Assembly: GCA_965230295.1 (NCBI GenBank)
Contig: OZ246001.1
Location: forward strand, 416,001 to 480,000
Length of the DNA stretch: 64,000 nucleotides
Reading direction: 5' to 3'
From: Marinicella sp.
Lineage (GTDB): Bacteria; Pseudomonadota; Gammaproteobacteria; Xanthomonadales; Marinicellaceae
How positions within the stretch are numbered: the first letter of the stretch is position 1; every line of letters starts with the position of its first letter. The notes under the pieces were generated by a model that ran no database searches, was not told the origin of the DNA, and saw only the letters and a list, made by a program, of their open reading frames with translations. The translations under genes and the position numbers were made by a program. Shown here in pieces: positions 42,136-49,841 of this stretch.

Positions 42136-42140
42136 TGATT

Positions 42141-42827
42141 TCACTGGCTGGCCAGTTTATAACCTACGCCGCGAATGGTTTGGATCCACTTGTCTTTGTT
42201 GTGTTTCTTGAGGGCTTTGCGCAAACGCAGAACGTGGACGTCAACCGTGCGATCTTCGACAAAGGTATTGCGCCCCCAAATGTGATTCAGAATGTGCTCC
42301 CTGGTTAACAGCTTATTTGAGTTTTGTAAAAACAGTTTCAATAACTTAAATTCTGTTAAACTCAGGCTGAGTGATTCACCATCAATATTGATTTCATGTG
42401 ATTCTCCGTCTAGCACAATGTCCTGATATTTAATGCGGTGACTGGTTTCAAATCCACTCGAGCGGCGCAAATGAGCCCGGATTCGAGCCATCAGCTCCAA
42501 CATGGAGGCCGGTTTTGTCAGATAGTCATCAGCTCCACGTTCCAGGCCTTTGACTTTGTCACTCTCCTCTGCCCTGGCTGTGAGCATGATGATAGGCACT
42601 TCCTTAATCACTTCATCCCGACGAATCATGTCGATGAGATCTATGCCACTCATGTCAGGCAGTCCCCAATCAATCACAATCAAATCCGGATGTACCTGAT
42701 TCAGTTGTTCTAATGCTTCATTACCTGAAGCGGCTTTGAAAGTTTCAAAGCCTTCACGGCGCAGTGAAAATGCCATCATTTCACGAATTGCCATGTCATC
42801 TTCAACAATCAAAATGTTGCTGTGCAT
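42141..42827 (-). CDS. phoB: Phosphate regulon response regulator PhoB
   Basis: Motifs ILIVEDDMAIREM, DWGLPDMSG, PIIMLTARAEESDKVKGLE and VEDRTVDVHVLRLRKAL; 228 aa from ATG 42827; Pho box upstream. Confidence 0.88.
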   Translation of the reverse strand: MHSNILIVEDDMAIREMMAFSLRREGFETFKAASGNEALEQLNQVHPDLIVIDWGLPDMSGIDLIDMIRRDEVIKEVPIIMLTARAEESDKVKGLERGADDYLTKPASMLELMARIRAHLRRSSGFETSHRIKYQDIVLDGESHEINIDGESLSLSLTEFKLLKLFLQNSNKLLTREHILNHIWGRNTFVEDRTVDVHVLRLRKALKKHNKDKWIQTIRGVGYKLASQ

Positions 42828-42855
42828 GTCTTCTGAGTTTTCGTTTAAAGTGGTC

Positions 42856-42889
42856 ATGATAAGTAACAATTATGACATCTCAATGACAA
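42856..42889 (-). promoter_or_regulatory. Pho box and -10 element of phoB
   Basis: Minus strand TTGTCAT-TGAG-ATGTCAT (11-bp-period direct repeat), then exactly 10 nt, then TATCAT. Confidence 0.75.
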
Positions 42890-42931
42890 AATTGTCATAA
42901 ATATCGATGATCTCACTTTCGATTCAACAGA

Positions 42932-43387
42932 TTACTCACAACTGTAAACACGTTTTAAGGTTTCATAAAGTGTTTGTTTGAATGCTTGTTTACTGATGAT
43001 GTTGGCATCCAGTTCATGTATGAGTTGTTCAATCACAACTTTTCTCGAGGTCTCTTCTGGCAAGCAAAACTTGGCATAGTAGGTGACTGGCAAAGTACCT
43101 CTGTTACCACCCACTCGGGTCTTGTATGCGCGTTGAAAAAATGAAGAAAACTCTTGTTTCTCTTTGGTAATATTTTCAATGATGGCTCTGTCAGTGATCA
43201 CTGCACCATCGATAAAACCATTGATGTATTCATAGCAGATACTGTCTTCCGGAATCACTTCACTGTCAATCAGATGAGAGCAGGATTTAACCAGCGCTTC
43301 TTCGGCACTTTCAGCATGCACCGATGACAGATTGGTGGTGAATAAAAATATAATTACCAAGCGCATAAACGGATCATTGAGTTTCAT
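42932..43387 (-). CDS. Rap1a/Tai-like secreted immunity-type protein
   Basis: Signal peptide; four-Cys pattern L..SC...CYEYINGFIDG...FCLP...LKRVYSC resembling the Rap1a family. Confidence 0.6.
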   Translation of the reverse strand: MKLNDPFMRLVIIFLFTTNLSSVHAESAEEALVKSCSHLIDSEVIPEDSICYEYINGFIDGAVITDRAIIENITKEKQEFSSFFQRAYKTRVGGNRGTLPVTYYAKFCLPEETSRKVVIEQLIHELDANIISKQAFKQTLYETLKRVYSCE

Positions 43388-43412
43388 GTTGTGTCTTCCA
43401 CAATGTTAAAAC

Positions 43413-43431
43413 AATAATGATAATCATACGC
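43413..43431. promoter_or_regulatory. Fur-box-like site
   Basis: AATAATGATAATCATACGC, 15/19 to GATAATGATAATCATTATC; 26-44 bp upstream of the 43387 ATG. Confidence 0.45.
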
Positions 43432-43575
43432 ATGTAGACAAAATGTCAATTTTTTGAAAATATTTAGTTTTTTTCATCATAATTGGTTGCTCTGGTGATA
43501 ACTCTGGATTTATGCTCCTGCACAACCCGATAAGAATCAAAAAAAGACTCCATTTTCAGTGAAATATAATTATCG

Positions 43576-44646
43576 ATGATGACTACATTTGATCAATGGT
43601 TCCCAACCGTTAACCCAACCACCTGCTTTGGCTGTATTCGTACTCAGCCTGAAGACTTTCAAGTCTCAGAAATCAATGACCTCGCTTTCACCGAACAAGG
43701 GGAACATTGGTGGTTGTTCGTAGAAAAAGTCAACAGCAACACAGCCTGGGCAGCCAGCCAAATTGCCAGCGCTTGTAAAGTCCCTGCAAAACAAGTGGGT
43801 TATGCAGGACTGAAAGACCGCCATGCGGTGACTCGGCAATGGTTCAGTGTCCAGTTACCCAAAATCAGGGATTTGGCCGTTGTTAAAGGCAAGCTACCCA
43901 AAGAGCTTTCAGTGATTGACTCGCATTGGCATCAAAGCAAAATCAAACGTGGTCAATTAAAGGCCAACCAATTCACGCTGCGCATCAGAAACTTCACGGG
44001 TGATCAATCGCAAATTGAAGAAAACATCAAAGCAATCAGAAAACGCGGAGTTCCCAACTACTTTGGCCCTCAACGATTTGGACACGACATGGGTAACATT
44101 GACAAAGCACGCTCCTGGTTTGCAGGCGATATCAAAGTCAACAACAAGAACCAACGAAGTCTCTACATCTCAACTGCCCGCAGTCATATCTTCAACCAAA
44201 TCATAGCGCACAGGTTAGAGAATCAAATATGGGACCAAGTGCTTGAAGGTGACATCATCCAGCTTTCTGGCAGCCATTCTTGGTTTCATGAACGGGATGC
44301 CGAACAGGTTGAGTTGGTGACCAGACTGGCAAAATTTGATGTGCATATCACAGCGGCTTTATGGGGTGAGGATGCTGTGCAAAGCAATTTAATGTGTGCT
44401 GATATGGAAGGCAAAATTGCCAATGAACACCCTATTTACATAAAAGGACTCAAACAACACCGAGTCAAACAAGACCGACGGGCTGTGCGGCTGGTACCCA
44501 TGAACCTGGAACACCAATGGGTTGATGGCGACTTGTTGATCACCATGAAACTCGGCCCTGGTTCTTATGCCACCAGTGTCTTACGTGAAGTGCTGAATGT
44601 AACAGACGCGTCAGCCAATAAAAATGGAAACTCTGCGATCAATTGA
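43576..44646 (+). CDS. truD: tRNA pseudouridine(13) synthase
   Basis: Motifs PEDFQVSE, GEH, YAGLKDRHAVTRQWFS, GVPNYFGPQRFG and GSYATSVLRE. Confidence 0.96.
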   Translation: MMTTFDQWFPTVNPTTCFGCIRTQPEDFQVSEINDLAFTEQGEHWWLFVEKVNSNTAWAASQIASACKVPAKQVGYAGLKDRHAVTRQWFSVQLPKIRDLAVVKGKLPKELSVIDSHWHQSKIKRGQLKANQFTLRIRNFTGDQSQIEENIKAIRKRGVPNYFGPQRFGHDMGNIDKARSWFAGDIKVNNKNQRSLYISTARSHIFNQIIAHRLENQIWDQVLEGDIIQLSGSHSWFHERDAEQVELVTRLAKFDVHITAALWGEDAVQSNLMCADMEGKIANEHPIYIKGLKQHRVKQDRRAVRLVPMNLEHQWVDGDLLITMKLGPGSYATSVLREVLNVTDASANKNGNSAIN

Positions 44647-44697
44647 CAGTCGTCGGCTTTTTTGGAATGATGACTGAAACAAATTTGAGATAACATC

Positions 44698-45372
44698 ATG
44701 ACAGACACCATCGACCTGTATTCAGGACCACTCAGTATGTTCGGCATGAAAGCCCACATTGCCATCCTTGAAAAAGGAATACCGCATAAATTGATCATGG
44801 TGCCTTATTCTGATGCCCAAGGCTATTATCCAAAGCATCCAGAAGTTATCAGAATTAATCCCAAGCAACAAGTGCCCGTGTTGATTCATGCTGACATTGA
44901 ATTATTTGACTCAACACAAATATTCGAATACCTGGAAGACCTCAAACCAAAGCCTGCACTCTGGCCTGAACCACTGAATCTGAAAGCCAAGGCCAGACAA
45001 GTCGAACTGATGGCAGATGAGGTCTATTTTCCTCACGTTGTTAAATTAATGGGCTTACAAAATGATTTACAAGGTGAAGCTGCCTTAACAGCCATTGACG
45101 CTTGTCAGTCTTACTATGTACAAATGGAGTCTCAACTGGGAAATGGTGCTTTTTTAGTTGACCAATTGTCTTACGCCGACATCGCCTTTTTTATGGCACA
45201 GTTGTTTGGTGAACGAATGGGTGCACCGATTACAGAAAACACACCCAATTTATTGGCTTGGCGACTTAACATGATTGCGCGGCCTTCTGTTCGAAAAGCC
45301 TTGAAACCTTTGATTGGTTTTTTACATGGAGAAAACCGCCCTGTTCCCCCGGACATAGACCTACCCGGCTAA
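44698..45372 (+). CDS. Glutathione S-transferase family protein
   Basis: Motifs INPKQQVPVL, LFDSTQIFEYLED and LSYADIA. Confidence 0.9.
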   Translation: MTDTIDLYSGPLSMFGMKAHIAILEKGIPHKLIMVPYSDAQGYYPKHPEVIRINPKQQVPVLIHADIELFDSTQIFEYLEDLKPKPALWPEPLNLKAKARQVELMADEVYFPHVVKLMGLQNDLQGEAALTAIDACQSYYVQMESQLGNGAFLVDQLSYADIAFFMAQLFGERMGAPITENTPNLLAWRLNMIARPSVRKALKPLIGFLHGENRPVPPDIDLPG

Positions 45373-45394
45373 GAATGGAAATAATTGGTTTATA

Positions 45395-46213
45395 TCAATT
45401 CAGGTTGGTTGAAGTACAAATTGAGTTCCAGGCTTTTTCAGGCAAATCATTCAACAAAACATGCCCCCCGGAGAATTCATCGAGCATATAATCTTGATCA
45501 ATCACCCACCCACCGGCAATAAAATCTGGACGATCATTCAACACAGCTGCATAAAGGAAATCGACATTGCCCACTGAAACAAAAATGGGTATGACCCGAC
45601 TGGCATTACTTGGCGTATAACCATTGGGCGCTGCATATTGATCTAAATCACCGGCACTGACCGCATAAGCAGCAAAATAATCGGCATTGTTTAATGCAAT
45701 GGCATGCATCACATGCCCACCTCCTGAAAAGCCCCAAACATACCGGCGGGAGGTTTCGATGTTGTATGCCGACTCCATGTCGGTAAAAATGCTGGCAAGA
45801 ATCTGGGAGTCCACCCCATAGACCCAACCTCCATCATCACCTGTTGACACCTGAGACACCACAATAAAGCGATTTTCTTCCGCTTCTGCTTGCCACAAGT
45901 TGCGCATATCCAGTGCCGCAGCTGTTGCGTTGCCAGCTCCTGCTGTTCCATGCCAGACCACCATGATCGGCATGGCTTCAGCAGCAGCATAACTACTTGG
46001 CACATAGATATAGTAAGTATAATTTCCCAACACAGTCCTTTGCTGTAGGCCGGGGAATGTACCACCTGATCCATTGGACGGCACTGAGTCATTCTCATTG
46101 CTGTCAGCGAAAATCATGTCGGGACATTGATTGATACTGGGCACTGTGGCCACTGATTGGGTGAACCAAGCCAAACTACAAATCAATACCAAAAAACATT
46201 CAGTCTTTTTCAA
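45395..46213 (-). CDS. Secreted alpha/beta hydrolase (PHB-depolymerase/esterase-like)
   Basis: Signal peptide; [14 protein letters not shown]; nucleophile elbow GFSGGG; GNVD and GGH as the putative acid and His. TTG start overlaps the parC stop. Confidence 0.8.
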   Translation of the reverse strand: MKKTECFLVLICSLAWFTQSVATVPSINQCPDMIFADSNENDSVPSNGSGGTFPGLQQRTVLGNYTYYIYVPSSYAAAEAMPIMVVWHGTAGAGNATAAALDMRNLWQAEAEENRFIVVSQVSTGDDGGWVYGVDSQILASIFTDMESAYNIETSRRYVWGFSGGGHVMHAIALNNADYFAAYAVSAGDLDQYAAPNGYTPSNASRVIPIFVSVGNVDFLYAAVLNDRPDFIAGGWVIDQDYMLDEFSGGHVLLNDLPEKAWNSICTSTNLN

Positions 46214-48440
46214 TTTCTACGCGATCCACATTTCTAAAACCTTGTGGTAACACTAAACCACGTTTAGCCCGGTGTCCAACGTAATTGACCAAATCCTTCC
46301 ATTTAAACCTGATGTAACGAGCTCCAGCATGAACCAAAAACGAATCTTCAGGGGTAATGACCAAAGTGGCCGCTAATTTTTCCTCTCCCGATTTCAAACG
46401 TTTGGCTGGAATGTTGATCAGTTTATTGCCCTTGCCTTTGGCCAGTTCTGGCAACTCTTCTAACGGAAATACCAACATGTATCCTGCAGACGTGATGCAG
46501 ACCACATGGGCATCTGGTAATTTCTCTATCCAGGTGGGCTTCATCGCACTGAATCCTTTGGGCACGCTCAATACATGCTTGCCCGCTTTCATTTTACTGT
46601 AGAGGTTTTCCATCACCCCATGGTAACCATAGCCGGCATCCGAACACATCAGAAGGCGGGCATTGGGTAATTGACAAGTGACAGCAATGGGCAATAGATT
46701 ATTTTTGAAATTGAATTTCGTGGTCAGTGGTTCACCTTGTCCACGTGCCGATGGCATGGTGTGCGTGGGCAAACTGAAAGCACGTCCATCAGATGACAAA
46801 AACACTGAAGTTAAATTACTGCGCCCATGGGCATGATCCAGATATTCGTCACCGGCTTTGTAGTTGAGTGCGGTCGGGTCAATTTCATGACCTTTGGCGG
46901 CCCTGACCCAACCAGCCAATGACAGGATAATGGTACTGGGCTCACTGGGAACCAGTTTGGTTTCATCAAAGACCTGGGCGGCCTCGCGTTCGGCTATTTG
47001 GGTTTTGCGTTCATCGCCATACTTTTCCATGTCCGCCTTGAGTTCATTGCGAATCAGGGTTTTCATGCGCGCTCTGGACAACAAAATCCCTTCAATTTCT
47101 TCTTTTTCCGCTTGTAATTCAATTTGCTCTGTGCGGATTTTCATTTCTTCCAGACGGGCCAAATTCCTCAATCGGGTATCCAAAATGGCATCAGCCTGGA
47201 TTTCTGACAGTTTGAATGTTTTGATTAACTCTTGTTTCGGGTGGTCTTCTTCCCTGATGATGCGGATCACTTCATCCAAGTCTAAATAAGCAATCAACAA
47301 CCCTGCCAATATATGTAACCGGGCATCCACCTTATCCAACCTGAATTGCAAGCGTCGGCGCACAGTTTCGGTACGAAAACGCAACCACTCCTGGAGGATC
47401 ATTTTCAGGTTTTTGACCTGAGGCCTGCGATCCAAACCGATGACATTTAAGTTGGCTTTGTAGGTTTTCTCTAAGTCTGTTGTGGAAAACAGGTGCAACA
47501 TCAACGCATCAAAATCAACGCGGTTGGAACGTGCTGTGATCACCAATCGGACGGGGTTTTCATGATCTGACTCATCACGCAAGTCACTGACCATCGGCAG
47601 TTTCTTGGCCCGCATTTGGCTGGCGATTTGTTCCAGCACTTTACTGCCTGAAGCCTGGTGAGGCAAAGCTGAAATGATGATGTCGTTGCCATCCCTTTCA
47701 TACACTGCACGCATGCGAATACCACCGTGCCCGGTTTCATACATTTTCAGTATATCCGCTTTCGGCGTGATGATTTCAGCCTGGGTGGGGTAATCAGGTG
47801 CCTGGATGAATTCGCACAAGTCAGCCACTTCGGCTTTGGGGTTATCCAACAAATGCAAAGTGGCTTGTGCCACTTCGGTTAAATTGTGCGGTGGTACATC
47901 CGTGGCCATCCCAACAGCGATGCCTGATGCGCCATTGAGCAAAACATTAGGTAAACGTGCTGGTAACCACAAGGGTTCTTCCATGGTGCCATCAAAATTG
48001 GGACCCCACTCAACCGTACCATGCGGTAACTCAGACAACAACGTTTTGGCATAGGGTGTCAGTCTCGACTCTGTGTAACGCATGGCAGCAAACGATTTGG
48101 GGTCATCAGGCGAGCCAAAATTACCTTGTCCATCAACCAAAGGATAACGGTATGAAAAACCTTGCGCCATCAACACCATGGCTTCATAACAAGCCGAATC
48201 ACCGTGTGGGTGAAACTTACCAATCACATCACCAATGGTACGTGCCGATTTTTTGTGTTTTGATTGGGCTGAAAGCCCTAATTCACTCATCGCATACACT
48301 ATCCTCCGTTGAACCGGCTTCAGACCATCACCCACAAAAGGTAAGGCCCGATCCAACACCACATACATGGAATAATCCAAGTAGGAACGTTCGGCGTATT
48401 CGCCCATCGAGATGGTTTCGAAATCCATGGATTGCGTCAT
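46200..48440 (-). CDS. parC: DNA topoisomerase IV subunit A
   Basis: Motifs [33 protein letters not shown] and FAAMRYTE; 746 aa with no GyrA box seen. Confidence 0.96.
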   Translation of the reverse strand: MTQSMDFETISMGEYAERSYLDYSMYVVLDRALPFVGDGLKPVQRRIVYAMSELGLSAQSKHKKSARTIGDVIGKFHPHGDSACYEAMVLMAQGFSYRYPLVDGQGNFGSPDDPKSFAAMRYTESRLTPYAKTLLSELPHGTVEWGPNFDGTMEEPLWLPARLPNVLLNGASGIAVGMATDVPPHNLTEVAQATLHLLDNPKAEVADLCEFIQAPDYPTQAEIITPKADILKMYETGHGGIRMRAVYERDGNDIIISALPHQASGSKVLEQIASQMRAKKLPMVSDLRDESDHENPVRLVITARSNRVDFDALMLHLFSTTDLEKTYKANLNVIGLDRRPQVKNLKMILQEWLRFRTETVRRRLQFRLDKVDARLHILAGLLIAYLDLDEVIRIIREEDHPKQELIKTFKLSEIQADAILDTRLRNLARLEEMKIRTEQIELQAEKEEIEGILLSRARMKTLIRNELKADMEKYGDERKTQIAEREAAQVFDETKLVPSEPSTIILSLAGWVRAAKGHEIDPTALNYKAGDEYLDHAHGRSNLTSVFLSSDGRAFSLPTHTMPSARGQGEPLTTKFNFKNNLLPIAVTCQLPNARLLMCSDAGYGYHGVMENLYSKMKAGKHVLSVPKGFSAMKPTWIEKLPDAHVVCITSAGYMLVFPLEELPELAKGKGNKLINIPAKRLKSGEEKLAATLVITPEDSFLVHAGARYIRFKWKDLVNYVGHRAKRGLVLPQGFRNVDRVEIEKD

Positions 48441-48740
48441 AAAAAATGCGTCATTTTTAAAGCTTGAGATTTTAACATTGCCACAACTAAATGTGACAAA
48501 GATTGACCAGAAAGGTCAATTAAAAAAAGGCCAGAGCTTGTTAAAAGACCCCAGATGAATTGATCGATGGAAATCACTGAGGTTTGAACGGTATGACTCG
48601 GGTTTAAATTGGGTTAAATAAGATCAATTCACTGGTTTAGCTGCATGAACAGTTCAATTGACTGCACAATTAAATCATCCATTTGAAAATACGAAACACA
48701 TCGTTTAATATATTTAGTCCATTCGATTTGAGAGGCACAG

Positions 48741-49841
48741 ATGACAAAGATATCTTTTTGGGTGCTGATTTTATTGGCCGTCAACGGTCAAGCAGCGCTG
48801 TACGATGCATATGAAATCAACACAGTGACCCAATCTCCACAGACACAAGAACTCAGTCAAAACTACATTCACAATTATTTCACCACAGCAAAACCGGAAT
48901 CAGTCATTGATCAATTGATGAAGGCCAACATTTCACCATTGGAACGTGAATACATTCTGTATCAACTGCTAACCGAAATTTCGCAACACCCGCCACAACA
49001 CTTTCACCAACCATTTGTTGACTTGATGAAGTCTTACTCCACTGAAGCCTACATCATGGCTGATGAAGGACCACATCCAAACGCCATATTCAATCTCGTT
49101 GGTAAAGCCCATGGCATAGAAAACATCTGGTTGGCATACCGTACCGAACAAAATTTTAATCAGTTGTTCAATGAAAATCTACCGCAAGCCATGACAGCCA
49201 TTGGCAACATCATTGCAGCAAACACTGCACAAAGAAGACCTCAGTGGCTGGGCGTAAAGAACAGCATAGCAGCCATGTCCCCGGAGCAATTGACTGACTT
49301 GAGTGAACACCTTCGCACCCGAATAAAAATCAATGCCGGCCTCGATCAACTGATCAGCCATGTGGGCTTGCAAACCGCCAATTTAGATTTGATTGATAAA
49401 GCGCTGAATTCCAACCAACAAGCCGTGCGAGAATTCACATTGCGTCATTTAAATGACTTTATTCAGCCAGCAACAGCCAAACAAATATTATTGGAGAATG
49501 CCGCCGCTTCTGCTGATGCCAAATTCAGCACATCTTTACTGGCTCAATACACCAATGACAATGATGTACAGGACTTTTTATTGGGTGAATTAAAAAATAA
49601 ACAAACCGCCAACCAGGCTGCTTTTGCCTTGAGTCAGTCTACTGATAACTCTTTACCGGAGAGGCTTAAGCGACAGTTTTTTAAATCACCCACTTCATCT
49701 GAAAAGAACCATATTTTATTGGCCTTAAAACTGAACAAATCAGATGTGGCACAATTGGCTTTGGAGGACATACAAAGGCAACTTCCAACTGAATCAGCCG
49801 CCAATCAATGGCTTAAATCCTTTACCGGAGGTGAACAATGA
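48741..49841 (+). CDS. Secreted alpha-helical (HEAT-like) hypothetical protein
   Basis: Signal peptide; helical repeats (VQDFLLGELKN..AAFALSQ); ATGA overlap with the M14 gene. Confidence 0.72.
   Translation: MTKISFWVLILLAVNGQAALYDAYEINTVTQSPQTQELSQNYIHNYFTTAKPESVIDQLMKANISPLEREYILYQLLTEISQHPPQHFHQPFVDLMKSYSTEAYIMADEGPHPNAIFNLVGKAHGIENIWLAYRTEQNFNQLFNENLPQAMTAIGNIIAANTAQRRPQWLGVKNSIAAMSPEQLTDLSEHLRTRIKINAGLDQLISHVGLQTANLDLIDKALNSNQQAVREFTLRHLNDFIQPATAKQILLENAAASADAKFSTSLLAQYTNDNDVQDFLLGELKNKQTANQAAFALSQSTDNSLPERLKRQFFKSPTSSEKNHILLALKLNKSDVAQLALEDIQRQLPTESAANQWLKSFTGGEQ

Noticed and set aside
48556-48631. 10-bp inverted repeat TGAATTGATC...GATCAATTCA in the parC intergenic region
   Set aside because: Single occurrence with arms 56 bp apart in AT-rich DNA, unrelated to the MITE ends; cannot be distinguished from chance.
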